From Archaeoglobaceae archaeon (GTDB taxonomy: Archaea > Halobacteriota > Archaeoglobi > Archaeoglobales > Archaeoglobaceae), in the NCBI GenBank assembly GCA_025057895.1, contig JANXEF010000001.1, positions 118,755 through 182,754 on the forward strand: a stretch of 64,000 bases of DNA, in the 5' to 3' direction. The position numbers and the translations under genes are program-made. Under the pieces are notes generated by a model. The model saw nothing but the letters and a program-made list of their open reading frames with translations. It had not been told where the DNA came from and made no database searches. The first letter of the stretch is position 1. Every line of letters begins with the position of its first letter. This document shows, one piece after another, positions 47,573 through 57,564 of the stretch.

Positions 47573-48432
47573 ACTCTACTTTGATCAACTTCATCAACTA
47601 TCTCGTAACCTAGCTCCGATAACCTTTTGCTGAACTCGACGATATCACTATGGTTTGGCATGTTTCCATACTCCAATCTAAGTCTGGAATATCCCAAAAA
47701 CATATATGCTTTAGCTTCAACATAATCAGGCTCTGCAATCCTTATAAGTTTGTTGAATCTCTCTATGGCTTTTTCGTGCATGTTTATTCCTTTCATCAAC
47801 GTCAGTCTTATAACTCTCCTTGACTTCGAATTAGACATAGCTTTTAGGCTTTTTAGAATTCTATCCCATAAACTTTTTGCTGGCCTATTTAGCTCTAGAT
47901 GACTTCTTTCATCAAAGGCAGTTAGACTGATGTAAAGTTGAGTCGGATTAACTTTTTCGATCATTTGTGGCATGGTTCCATTTGTTACTAGAAAAGTTGT
48001 GAAACCCATACTTCTATAGCATTCTATGAGCTTTGGAAGATGAGGATAAAGCGTTGGTTCTCCAATAAGACTTATAGCGACTTGATTGGGTTCTTCTGCC
48101 TCTTTTAACTTCTTTATGTTTATCCCCTTAGTTCCATAGAAACCACTCAACAATCTCTTTTGTGCTTTTATACTCTCCTCAACTATTTTCTCTGGCTCAT
48201 CCCACCCTCTAAAATCCTTCAAGAGTTCAAGAGGGCGCCAACAGTGAATGCAGGTCTGATTACAGATTAATGCTGGAGTCATTTGAAGACATCGATGACT
48301 CTCGATTTCATAGAACTTCTGTTTGTAACAGAAACCAAGATCTTTTAACGCTTTCTTTAGCCAAAGACATGTTTTTACAGCAGAATGGTTTCCAATTATC
48401 TGATATCCTTTTAGATCTGTGAGTTGCTTCAT
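47551..48432 (-). CDS. Radical SAM enzyme, TYW1/Taw1-like 4-demethylwyosine synthase
   Basis: The motif is CLQMTPALICNQTCIHCWRP (CxxxCxxC), with a second cluster-like Cys region. Confidence 0.55.
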   Translation of the reverse strand: MKQLTDLKGYQIIGNHSAVKTCLWLKKALKDLGFCYKQKFYEIESHRCLQMTPALICNQTCIHCWRPLELLKDFRGWDEPEKIVEESIKAQKRLLSGFYGTKGINIKKLKEAEEPNQVAISLIGEPTLYPHLPKLIECYRSMGFTTFLVTNGTMPQMIEKVNPTQLYISLTAFDERSHLELNRPAKSLWDRILKSLKAMSNSKSRRVIRLTLMKGINMHEKAIERFNKLIRIAEPDYVEAKAYMFLGYSRLRLEYGNMPNHSDIVEFSKRLSELGYEIVDEVDQSRVCLLRPI

Positions 48433-49019
48433 TTCAGATACTTTTTTACAGTATCAACAAAATCTTTTGCACCATCCCCAGCAACCGCAGAAACAACAGC
48501 AACACCTGAAACCCCACACTTGAGCACTTCGACAACATTTTTGATGTTTATTCCGCCGATTGCAAAAACTGGAATCGTTAACTCTTTCATTATTTCAATC
48601 AGACCAGGAATACCTATTTCATTTCTTGCATCTTCTTTCGTAGTAGTCCTAAAGATGGGGCCTACTCCCACATAATCTGCATTTTTTGCTTTTCTAGCTT
48701 CTTCAACATTGTGAACAGAGATACCAATTAGCCCGTCAAAAATTTCTCTTACAACCTCGATTGGTAAATCCTCTTGACCAAGGTGAACACCGTCTGCATC
48801 AACTGCAATTGCTATATCAACTCGATCGTTCACAATAAAAAGTGCATCATAACAATCAATGATCTCTCTCAATTTCTTTGCAATAAAATATCGTTCTCGA
48901 TCTTTAATTCTCTTTTCTCTGAACTGAATTATCCTAATTCCAAGTTCGAGAGCTTTCTTAACCATTTCTTCATGGTCTCCAAACTTTGAGTCTGTTATGA
49001 AATACACACCCCGAAGCAT
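48429..49019 (-). CDS. thiE: Thiamine-phosphate synthase
   Basis: 196 aa with a TMP-TENI fold (VYFITD...HLGQEDL...GVGPIF). Confidence 0.8.
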   Translation of the reverse strand: MLRGVYFITDSKFGDHEEMVKKALELGIRIIQFREKRIKDRERYFIAKKLREIIDCYDALFIVNDRVDIAIAVDADGVHLGQEDLPIEVVREIFDGLIGISVHNVEEARKAKNADYVGVGPIFRTTTKEDARNEIGIPGLIEIMKELTIPVFAIGGINIKNVVEVLKCGVSGVAVVSAVAGDGAKDFVDTVKKYLK

Positions 49020-49052
49020 CGTAAGAGTTTATTACAATGGGAATAAAACTGT

Positions 49053-49883
49053 TTGGTGTCTCTAAAAAAAGATCTCAAAGATAAGTTGAGTGAAGAAGAG
49101 CTCAAACTCCTGAGACGAAGTTTTGAGATAATAGGGAACATTGCAGTAGTAGAGATTCCAGATGAGCTAATGAGCAAAAAAGATCTAATAATATCTGCGA
49201 TAATCTCAAGACACAAACAAGTAAAAACAGTATTGAGAAAAATTGGTGAAGTTAATGGTATTTTTAGAGTGGCAAGATTTGAAAAGATATATGGTAAGGA
49301 GACTGAGACCATTGCTAAAGAACACGGATGTAAATTTTTAGTTGATCCCACGAAAGTTTATTTCTCCTCAAAACTCTCTGGCGAAAGAGAAAGAGTTGCA
49401 AGACTAGTGGGAAAAGGAGAGAGAGTTTTGGTAATGTTCGCAGGAGTTGGTCCATTTCCAATTGTCATTGCAAAATTATCAAAGGCAAAGGAAGTGATTG
49501 GGATTGAATTGAACAGTGTCGCCGTAGATTATTTCAAGAAAAATATAAAAATTAACAAAGTTAAGAATGTTGTTGCAATTGAAGGAGATGTAGCAGAGAT
49601 CATCCCCAAATTTGAAGGAAAATTCGACCGTATCTTGATGCCTGCACCTTATTCAGCAGATAACTTCGTTCATCTTGTAAAGAACAAGGTTACAAAAGGT
49701 GGATTCATTCATTACTATACTTTTGAGAGCGAAAACCTAGAAGACAGGCTACCCCAAAAGGTCGAAGAGATATTTTTCAGAAACGGAGTGATTGTGAAAA
49801 AAAGATTTATAAGAAAATGCGGAAGTTTTGCACCCTATGTGAACAGATATGTCCTTGATCTAGAATATCTTGGTGAAGTTTAA
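49053..49883 (+). CDS. Met-10+ like SAM-dependent transferase, Taw2/TYW2-like (or Trm5 paralog)
   Basis: The SAM motif is VLVMFAGVGPFPIVIAK, in a class I MTase-like fold. Confidence 0.55.
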   Translation: MVSLKKDLKDKLSEEELKLLRRSFEIIGNIAVVEIPDELMSKKDLIISAIISRHKQVKTVLRKIGEVNGIFRVARFEKIYGKETETIAKEHGCKFLVDPTKVYFSSKLSGERERVARLVGKGERVLVMFAGVGPFPIVIAKLSKAKEVIGIELNSVAVDYFKKNIKINKVKNVVAIEGDVAEIIPKFEGKFDRILMPAPYSADNFVHLVKNKVTKGGFIHYYTFESENLEDRLPQKVEEIFFRNGVIVKKRFIRKCGSFAPYVNRYVLDLEYLGEV

Positions 49884-51131
49884 TCAACAGAACTCGATTT
49901 TTGCTCCTAAATTTCTGATAACTTCAAAGAATCCTGGATAAGAGACAGACACAACTTCAGAATTTCTACATTTCACCTCACCAAGAAGACCAAGTAAAGA
50001 AAAGGCTAATGCAATTCTGTGATCTCCAAAAGAGTCCACAGTTCCATAGAACTCTTTCTTTCCTCCTCTAATCTTTAAACCATCTTTAAACTCCTCAACT
50101 TCAACTCCAAGTGATCTCAAATTCATTGCAATTCCTCTAATTCTGTCTATCTCTTTTATTCTCAAATGCTCTGCATTGTAAATTTCTGTTACACCTTCAG
50201 CAACTGCAGAAAGGATTGCGATTGTAGGAACGAGATCGGGTGTATTCTCTGCATTAAAGCATATCCCACACAAATCGGATTTCCTTGCAATAATCAACCC
50301 TTGATCCTTTTTCCATTCTATATCTGCACCCATTTCTCTACATAATTCAACGATCTTTTTATCCCCTTGTTTAGAATCGAATGCATTCGTTATTCTGACT
50401 TCTCCTGCAAGAATCCCTGCAGCAATTGGATAGCTTGCTGAGGAGAAATCATTTGGTATTGAAAATTGTTTCAATCCAAACTCTTGTTCTCCAGGAATAT
50501 GGAAACAATCAAAACTCCCCTCTATAGTAACTCCAGATTTTTCGAGAACTTCAAGTGTTATGTCTATATAGGGGCGAGATTTAGTCGAAATGATATTAAG
50601 AGAACTATCGAATTTAGCGAGAGGTAAGGAATAGAGTAAAGAAGAAATAAACTGAGAGCTAGGAGCGCTTATCTCGACTTTACCACCCTTTATTATGCCT
50701 CTAATTCTAAAAGGTGCTCTAAAAAGTTCATCTCCACTAGCATGAGCTCCAATTTTTTTAAGCGTAAGTACAAGTTCCCTATTTGGCCTAGTTCTCAAAG
50801 ATCGATCTCCATCAAGTGTACTTTTTTGTGATGAGAGAGATAAAAGGCCAGTGAAAATTCTTAGAGTTGTTCCTGAATTCTCAAAATTAAAATAACCTCC
50901 AGTAATTTTTTCTGTTCCTCTGAACTCAAAAAAGTTCTTCTCTCTATGATACTCAGAACCAATCTTTTTACAGGCTCTCAAAGTAGCCAGAGTGTCCTCA
51001 GAGATCAATGGATCGAAAATTTTTGTTTTTTTAGAAAGCGAAGCCGAAATAAAAGCTCTATGTGTGTAACTCTTTGAAGGTGGAGCTTTGAGTTCGCCAG
51101 AAATCTCACTTTTCCTAACTATCACGTCCAT
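49884..51131 (-). CDS. aroA: 3-phosphoshikimate 1-carboxyvinyltransferase (EPSP synthase)
   Basis: The N-terminus is LKAPPSKSYTHRAFI. The protein is 415 aa with a two-domain fold. Confidence 0.85.
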   Translation of the reverse strand: MDVIVRKSEISGELKAPPSKSYTHRAFISASLSKKTKIFDPLISEDTLATLRACKKIGSEYHREKNFFEFRGTEKITGGYFNFENSGTTLRIFTGLLSLSSQKSTLDGDRSLRTRPNRELVLTLKKIGAHASGDELFRAPFRIRGIIKGGKVEISAPSSQFISSLLYSLPLAKFDSSLNIISTKSRPYIDITLEVLEKSGVTIEGSFDCFHIPGEQEFGLKQFSIPNDFSSASYPIAAGILAGEVRITNAFDSKQGDKKIVELCREMGADIEWKKDQGLIIARKSDLCGICFNAENTPDLVPTIAILSAVAEGVTEIYNAEHLRIKEIDRIRGIAMNLRSLGVEVEEFKDGLKIRGGKKEFYGTVDSFGDHRIALAFSLLGLLGEVKCRNSEVVSVSYPGFFEVIRNLGAKIEFC

Positions 51132-51160
51132 ATTTTCAGAGAGTTAAGAAGTAGAAATAA

Positions 51161-51658
51161 TTAGCGTTTATATAGCTTTTTTAATTCTTCTTTTATTTCT
51201 TCTATACTCTTTCCCTCGAATCCAAAATAGGATGCAAAGGCATCAGTAGTTTTGAGAATTGTAGATCTTCCTTTTTTCTCTGCTCTTATCAGATTTAAAT
51301 CTATGAGTTTCTTCACATGATCGTAACATTTGTTTCCTCTTATTTTTGCTAGTTTTGCAAGTGTTATAGGCTGTTTCAAAGCTATGACTGCCAAAGTCCT
51401 AAGAGTTCCTTTTTCGAGATCTCTTTCTGCAAATCGTTCCACTATATCAACAAATTCTTGTTTAACTTTCATTAAATACCTATCTCCAATTTTCAAGATT
51501 TCGATTGCTGAATCCATCTCCTCGTATTTCTTTGCAATGCTCTCTATTGCTCTCTCAACCATTTCTTCCTTCTCCTTGAGCAGTTTCGCCAATTCAGAAA
51601 TCTTTATTGCTTCTGGAGATAGGAATAAAATAGCCTCAACAGCTTTCTCAAGTTTCAT
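51161..51658 (-). CDS. scpB: Segregation and condensation protein B (ScpB-like, tandem wHTH)
   Basis: The N-terminus is AVEAILFLSPEAIKISELAKLL. A second wHTH follows. Confidence 0.6.
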   Translation of the reverse strand: MKLEKAVEAILFLSPEAIKISELAKLLKEKEEMVERAIESIAKKYEEMDSAIEILKIGDRYLMKVKQEFVDIVERFAERDLEKGTLRTLAVIALKQPITLAKLAKIRGNKCYDHVKKLIDLNLIRAEKKGRSTILKTTDAFASYFGFEGKSIEEIKEELKKLYKR

Positions 51659-52863
51659 GCGCCGAACTTTTCAGTGAGATTAAGTAAATCCAAGGCTATT
51701 TTCAAAATCTCTGTACCACGAATTCTACACAAGCCACCCTTTACTGCTTCGAACTCGTTGAAAACCTTAACTTCATCCTTTCTGACATCTTCATATACTA
51801 TCGAAACGATGACAGGATCTGCTGTGTGCTCACCAACCTTTACTGGTGTGGAATGGTCAGAGGTAAAGATGAGACAATGCTTAGAGAGGTCGAGCTCAAG
51901 CAATTTAGGTAGATAAGAATCGAATTTCTCTACAAATCTAACTTTACCATTGAAATCTCTATCATGTCCAAGTTCATCAGGAGCCTTTATGTGTAAAAGA
52001 ACTACATCTTTCGTCTTTAAGGCCTCTATTGAACTTTGAATTTTTGCATTTATGTCTGTATCTTTGTTACCAGTCGCAGTAGGTGGTGTAAAGACTTCTC
52101 CACCGACAAGTTTTCCAACTCCTTTTATCAGAGCGGTTGCAGAAATTACCTTCAATTTCAATCCAAACCTCTCTTTAAAACTTGGAACTTCCTTCATAAC
52201 TCCTGCACCACGTAAAAGTAAAGCATTTGCTTTTGGTAATCCATTTTTTGCTCTTTCTTCGTTTATCCAGTGTTTTTCCAGAATTTCATGCGCTTTTTGA
52301 ATGAAATCGTTTATTATTTTCGATACTTCATCTTTTTTTGCCTTGCAACGTTTTACTTTTTCTCCAACAACTTTTGGATCTGTATCAGTAACTTCTTCCG
52401 TGAAGTTTCCCCTAAAAACAACCACTGCTCTATGCCCTGTAGCTCTTGCGATTTCAAAATCTACAGGAAGATCGATATCTTTAAGAGCTTTTACGAGTTC
52501 TTCAGTGTTTTCTATTCTTCCTGCTCTACGATCAACTACAACCTTGTCAAAAATGCTTCCATTCCCATGAACCGTGGCAAAATTAGCTCTAAAAGCCAAA
52601 TCTCCTGGTTTTAAATCGATTCCAGCTCCAAGAGCTTCGATTGCTCCTCTCCCTGTATAATACCTGTACGGGTCATAACCTAAAAGTGCTAGATGACTTG
52701 TATCACTTCCAGGGCGAATACCAGGAGATATAGTGTCCATGATTCCGTTTATTCCAATTTCTGCAAATCCATCGAGATTTGGTTTTTTAGCAACGGTCAA
52801 CGGAGTCTTACCATTCAATGGCCTATCGGGTAAACCATCGAGGATTAGCATCAACAAGGACAA
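51655..52863 (-). CDS. apgM: 2,3-bisphosphoglycerate-independent phosphoglycerate mutase, archaeal type
   Basis: The N-terminus is LMLILDGLPDRP and a metalloenzyme domain follows. Confidence 0.8.
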   Translation of the reverse strand: MSLLMLILDGLPDRPLNGKTPLTVAKKPNLDGFAEIGINGIMDTISPGIRPGSDTSHLALLGYDPYRYYTGRGAIEALGAGIDLKPGDLAFRANFATVHGNGSIFDKVVVDRRAGRIENTEELVKALKDIDLPVDFEIARATGHRAVVVFRGNFTEEVTDTDPKVVGEKVKRCKAKKDEVSKIINDFIQKAHEILEKHWINEERAKNGLPKANALLLRGAGVMKEVPSFKERFGLKLKVISATALIKGVGKLVGGEVFTPPTATGNKDTDINAKIQSSIEALKTKDVVLLHIKAPDELGHDRDFNGKVRFVEKFDSYLPKLLELDLSKHCLIFTSDHSTPVKVGEHTADPVIVSIVYEDVRKDEVKVFNEFEAVKGGLCRIRGTEILKIALDLLNLTEKFGA

Positions 52864-52921
52864 CCCATCACCTCAAAAAAAAGTTTGAAAAAGAATTTAT
52901 AAAATCATCGGCACTCTACAT

Positions 52922-54142
52922 GTGATTTGCATAGTTGGTGGTGGACTTTCAGGTTTGTCTGTTGGTCACTTCTTGAAGAACAGATGTGTTGTTTTTGAAT
53001 CGACCCGCATAGGTGGACTGCTTAGAAGTGAAAAAATCGATGGTTTCACTTTCGATACTGGTGGTTCTCATATTCTGTTTTCTAGAGATGAGTATGTTCT
53101 GAAAGAGATGCTCCAATTTTTTGGAGACTACGTTGAACACAGAAGAAGAGCTTTTATTCTTTACAGAGATAAGCTCGTAAAATATCCCTTTGAAAATGGA
53201 ATTTTTTCATTACCTGTACAAGAAAGATTCGAAATTCTGAAAGATTTCGTTGAAAACCTAACTAGAGAGAAAAAAAAGCCTGAAAATTTGCTTGAATGGT
53301 TTAGATACGTCTTTGGAAATGCAATAACGGAGAAATATCTTCGTCCTTATAACGAAAAACTATGGAAAAGAGACCTAAGAGATATTTCCCTCGAATGGGT
53401 TGGCGGGAGAATCCCAAATCCCCCAGTAGACGATGTGCTTAGATCAGCAGTTGGACTCGAAACTGAAGGTTACACACATCAGCTTCGCTTCTTTTATCCT
53501 TTGAATGGGGGAATTGAAACATTGGCAAGAAACATAGCAAAAAATGTAAATGTAAGAATGGAAGCTGTTAAAAAGATAGATATTGGAGAAAAGATATACG
53601 TCAACGGAGAATATGAATTTGAAAAAATGATTTACACAGCTCCACTGAAAGATTTGCCAAACTTACTGCACGAAGCAAAAGAAATAAAAGATTTCATCGA
53701 TAGTCTCGAGTACAATTCCCTATCTGTTTTTGGAATTGGAGTTAAAGGAAAGGTTCCAAATATTCACTGGATATATGTCCCCCAGGAGGATATAGTTTTT
53801 CACAGAGTTGCTTTTCTAAGTAATTATAGTCCAAATATGTCTCCCAAAAATTGTTCAACGATCATTGCAGAAATTTCAAATCAAGAAAAGGTTAAGGAGG
53901 AGGAGGTGGTAGAAGGTTTAAGAAAAATTGGAATTGAAAACGAAATTGAAGTGGTAGAAAAATGGAACTGGAAATTTGCATACATTGTCTATAACCATGA
54001 TTATAGAAAGAACATCGATGTGATAAAGAAATTTTTAATCGAGAGAAGAATAGTCCCCTTTGGTAGATTTGGTTCATGGGAATATCTGAACATGGATTCG
54101 ATCTGGAAAAAAGCAAAAGAGATTTCTTATGAATTCTTATGA
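52922..54142 (+). CDS. FAD-dependent oxidoreductase, UDP-galactopyranose mutase-like
   Basis: The N-terminal FAD motif is ICIVGGGLSGLSVG. The size of about 400 aa fits, and the gene is directly followed by a GT2 glycosyltransferase. Confidence 0.45.
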   Translation: MICIVGGGLSGLSVGHFLKNRCVVFESTRIGGLLRSEKIDGFTFDTGGSHILFSRDEYVLKEMLQFFGDYVEHRRRAFILYRDKLVKYPFENGIFSLPVQERFEILKDFVENLTREKKKPENLLEWFRYVFGNAITEKYLRPYNEKLWKRDLRDISLEWVGGRIPNPPVDDVLRSAVGLETEGYTHQLRFFYPLNGGIETLARNIAKNVNVRMEAVKKIDIGEKIYVNGEYEFEKMIYTAPLKDLPNLLHEAKEIKDFIDSLEYNSLSVFGIGVKGKVPNIHWIYVPQEDIVFHRVAFLSNYSPNMSPKNCSTIIAEISNQEKVKEEEVVEGLRKIGIENEIEVVEKWNWKFAYIVYNHDYRKNIDVIKKFLIERRIVPFGRFGSWEYLNMDSIWKKAKEISYEFL

Positions 54143-55113
54143 AAGCTCTAATCGTTATACTAAACAAAGATAATGCAGAAAAGCTTAAAGAATGCATAGA
54201 TTCTATCATAAAACAAAGTTCGAAGATTTGTGAAGATTTTGATGTTCTCGTTATCGATGGAGGTTCTAGGGATTCATCAAAAGAAGTTGTAGAAAATTTT
54301 TCAAAAATCTATCCCTGTGTGAAATTCAAAGTTCAGGAAAGACTCGGTGGTACAGGCTTTGCAAGGAGAGAGGCTTGTGAATACGCTATAAAGAATGATT
54401 ACAAAGCAATAATCTGGGGCGATTCAGAGAATATTTACAAAAGCGACTACGTTGAAAAAGTCCTTGATTTATTAAGGAATTACGATATAGTTGGTGGAAA
54501 ACCTCTTGTTAGAGGAAACTTTTTTGCCCATGCATTCGCTTGGTATCATGCCATTCATATAATTTTTGGGATTCAAGATCGTCACATTCCTGGAAACAAC
54601 AAAGCTGAAAAAGTTGCAATTTACAGATTCTGTGAATACCCAGAAAGTAAAAGAGCCGAAGATTATGGTTTTTCGCTTCTTCTTATGAAAAAAGGTATAA
54701 AGTTGAAACAAGGAGTAGTCGATGCAAAGGTGATCGTCTCAATTCCAGAAAACATTAAAGGAGTTTTTAAATGGCAGAAGGCAAGAGTAATAGGTTGTGC
54801 TGAAGCTTTGAGGTTTATAGATTTCAAGCCCTACGATCTCATCTTGTGGTCTTCTCTCCTACCACTACTGATTCTCACCGCATTTCTTATCCCCTTCTCG
54901 TTACTCGCACTTGCAATTCTGCTGTCGATCTTGATATTATCTATTTTTTTATTCGTAAAATCCTTCCAATTCATAGAAAATCCGAAGAAGAAATTTTTCT
55001 TCGCTCCTCTTGTAGGTTTAGTCATACATTCCGCCTTTTCAATTCTGGGAATATATTACTATATGAAGTTTAAAAAACGCCGGGGCTGGGATTTGAACCC
55101 AGGAGCCTTCTAG
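54139..55113 (+). CDS. Family 2 glycosyltransferase with C-terminal TM helices
   Basis: The GT-A N-terminus is LIVILNKDNAEKLKECIDSIIKQ, with a DxD/DGGSRD region. The last roughly 36 nt, as called, overlap the tRNA-Ser gene on the opposite strand. Confidence 0.6.
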   Translation: MKALIVILNKDNAEKLKECIDSIIKQSSKICEDFDVLVIDGGSRDSSKEVVENFSKIYPCVKFKVQERLGGTGFARREACEYAIKNDYKAIIWGDSENIYKSDYVEKVLDLLRNYDIVGGKPLVRGNFFAHAFAWYHAIHIIFGIQDRHIPGNNKAEKVAIYRFCEYPESKRAEDYGFSLLLMKKGIKLKQGVVDAKVIVSIPENIKGVFKWQKARVIGCAEALRFIDFKPYDLILWSSLLPLLILTAFLIPFSLLALAILLSILILSIFLFVKSFQFIENPKKKFFFAPLVGLVIHSAFSILGIYYYMKFKKRRGWDLNPGAF

Positions 55114-55158
55114 GCATCGGCTCTCAAGGCCGACGCAGTACCACTCTGCAACCCCGGC
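55078..55158 (-). tRNA. tRNA-Ser (anticodon TGA)
   Basis: The minus strand reads GCCGGGG-UU-GCAG-AGUGGUA-CUGC-G-UCGGC-CUUGAGA-GCCGA-[long variable arm UGCCUAGAAGGCUC]-CUGGG-UUCAAAU-CCCAG-CCCCGGC-G. The acceptor stem is 7 bp, the anticodon is UGA, and the long variable arm fits Ser. Confidence 0.8.
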
Positions 55159-55259
55159 TTTAAAGTTAAACTTCTTTTATCTTTAAAAAATTTTTCTTTG
55201 ATAGCTCCCCACTGAATTGGGTTAAACTTATAAGCATCCAGAGAGTATGAAAAAAGAAT

Positions 55260-56822
55260 ATGGAAGAATTGTTGAAAAAAATCGCTTTCGAAATAGTCCA
55301 AAATGCAAAAAGCGGTGAAGAAGTTGTTGCTATTAAGAGAAAATTTGTAAAAGATCTTGGATTAGCAAAAATACCTTCAAACGTAGAGATTCTAAAACAA
55401 GCAATAAAAACAGATTACTACAAAAAGCTCAGAGAAATTTTAAGATTAAAACCTGTTCGAAGTCTAAGCGGAGTCGTTGTTGCCGCCGTTATGAGCTCTC
55501 CTTTTCCATGTCCTCATGGTAAATGTGTCCCATGTCCAGGTGGAGTTGAGTTCAACAGTCCACAAAGCTACACAGGTCTCGAACCAGCGGCTATGCGTGG
55601 AAAACAGCACGAATACGATGCTTTCAAACAGGTCACTTCTCGAATTAGAGAGCTCTTTGAAATTGGACACGAAATTGAAAAAGTGGAGATCATCGTGATG
55701 GGTGGAACCTTTATTGCCAGAGATAAAGAATATAAGGACAACTTCATCCTAGGCATATACAACGCCTTGAACTGTTTTAATGGAAAAATGAAATTAGAAA
55801 GAGACATTGAAAAAGCAAAAAGAAAAAATGAAAGAGCAAAAATTAGATGTGTAGGTTTAACTTTTGAAACTCGTCCCGATTATTCAAAAGAGGTTCATAT
55901 ATTCGAAATGCTCCGCTATGGAGTGACAAGGGTTGAACTTGGAGTTCAAAGTATTTACGATGACGTCTTAAAAATGATCAGACGAGGGCATGGAGTCAAA
56001 GAGACGATCGAAGCGACAAGACTTTTAAAGGATTCAGCTTTAAAAGTTTGCTACCATATCATGCCAGGTCTTCCAGGATCTGATTTTGAAAGAGATCTTA
56101 GAATGTTCCGAGAGATATTTGAAAGAGAAGATTTCAGACCAGATTACTTAAAAATATATCCTACGGTCGTAGTTAGAGGTACAGAGCTTTATAAAATGTG
56201 GACAAAAGGAGAATACAAACCTTACGAAACAGAAGAAGTTGTAGAACTCATAGCAAGAGCAAAGAAGTTCTTTCCTGAGTGGTTAAGGGTTCAAAGAATT
56301 CAGAGAGATATCCCCGTGCATTATGCAATAGGTCTCAAGGCTGGTAACATAAGGCAGTTGATTCACAGAAGACTAAAAGAGCTCGGATATGGATGTAGAT
56401 GTATAAGATGCAGAGAGGTTGGACATAAAAAGGTTAAAGAAGATGAATATAAAAAATCAGAACTCAAGATTTCAAAATATAAGGCATCTGGAGGAGAAGA
56501 AATATTCATTTCATACGAAATTCCAGAATACGATGCTCTTGTCGGATTTTTAAGACTTAGATTTCCAGCAAAACCATTCATCAGAGAAATTGCAGATTGT
56601 GCTCTGATCAGAGAAATACATGTATATGGCAATTCGACACCACTAGGAGAAATAAGAGCTTTTCAGCATCGTGGATTTGGAGAAAGTTTGTTAAAAAATG
56701 CAGAAGATTTAGCAAAAGAGAAATATGACAGAATTGCTGTAATAAGTGCTGTAGGGGTCAGAGAATATTACAGAAAGTTTGGTTACAGGAAAAGATTTGA
56801 ATACATGGTAAAAAGACTATAA
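55260..56822 (+). CDS. elp3: Elongator Elp3 homolog (radical SAM plus GNAT acetyltransferase; tRNA U34 modification)
   Basis: 520 aa with an N-terminal radical-SAM region and a C-terminal GNAT domain (FQHRGFGESLL). Confidence 0.75.
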   Translation: MEELLKKIAFEIVQNAKSGEEVVAIKRKFVKDLGLAKIPSNVEILKQAIKTDYYKKLREILRLKPVRSLSGVVVAAVMSSPFPCPHGKCVPCPGGVEFNSPQSYTGLEPAAMRGKQHEYDAFKQVTSRIRELFEIGHEIEKVEIIVMGGTFIARDKEYKDNFILGIYNALNCFNGKMKLERDIEKAKRKNERAKIRCVGLTFETRPDYSKEVHIFEMLRYGVTRVELGVQSIYDDVLKMIRRGHGVKETIEATRLLKDSALKVCYHIMPGLPGSDFERDLRMFREIFEREDFRPDYLKIYPTVVVRGTELYKMWTKGEYKPYETEEVVELIARAKKFFPEWLRVQRIQRDIPVHYAIGLKAGNIRQLIHRRLKELGYGCRCIRCREVGHKKVKEDEYKKSELKISKYKASGGEEIFISYEIPEYDALVGFLRLRFPAKPFIREIADCALIREIHVYGNSTPLGEIRAFQHRGFGESLLKNAEDLAKEKYDRIAVISAVGVREYYRKFGYRKRFEYMVKRL

Positions 56823-57044
56823 CTCAGAGATTTCAGCCTTTGGGGTTCTCCTCTTTAGTGCATAATCCTTCACAGCAACAACTATCTCACAATAAGGGGG
56901 ACAGTTCTTAGAAAGATAAATTCTACAAAAAGATCTTTTTGAACAGTCGACAATTTTATAAGATTTTGCTTTTTTATCAAAAACTACAAGAGCACGTGTG
57001 TTTTTTAATGAAACCGAAAGCTTTATAGTTTCTGAAACCATCAT
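56817..57044 (-). CDS. Small Cys-containing hypothetical protein (75 aa)
   Basis: The motif is CSKRSFCRIYLSKNCPPYC. No family was recognised. Confidence 0.3.
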   Translation of the reverse strand: MMVSETIKLSVSLKNTRALVVFDKKAKSYKIVDCSKRSFCRIYLSKNCPPYCEIVVAVKDYALKRRTPKAEISEL

Positions 57045-57195
57045 AAAAAAGATTTAGAGATTGAGGAGATATAATTTTTTATATTTTTTATAATTATTCC
57101 TCTGAAATTTCTGTTTTGAAATTTCATTAATTCCAGAAAATCTTAAATACATAATCATCAACACACTATAGTTATAATAACTACTAGGTGATGAT

Positions 57196-57489
57196 ATGAT
57201 ATCGGTCGAAGAGTTGTTTGGGGAGAAAGTTTCGTTTGATCAGCAAAAGTTTTTGAAAGTTATATCGCGTAATGGAGTGAGTGGTATTCTTTTTAGCCTT
57301 GAAAAAAGTCCTCGTCGATTTTCTCAATTAATGTTTGAAACAAAACTAAACCCTGGAATCCTCGACAGACATTTGAAAGCTCTGATAGAGCTGAAAATAG
57401 TTGAAAAAAACTCTGAGACCTACGAGTTGACAGATACGGGAAGAAGGTTGATTTTAATTCTTCAACAACTTTTTAGAGTTTTTAAATAA
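57196..57489 (+). CDS. Winged-helix DNA-binding protein (HxlR/MarR-like)
   Basis: 97 aa (GILFSLEKSPRRFSQLMFETKLNPGILDRHLKALIELKIVEK). Confidence 0.5.
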   Translation: MISVEELFGEKVSFDQQKFLKVISRNGVSGILFSLEKSPRRFSQLMFETKLNPGILDRHLKALIELKIVEKNSETYELTDTGRRLILILQQLFRVFK

Positions 57490-57564
57490 TTTTAATAATT
57501 TTGTGTTCTTATTTTTATACCAACTCTTTAGCAAGGGTTTTATAAGTTGTAAGAAACTAAGTTT

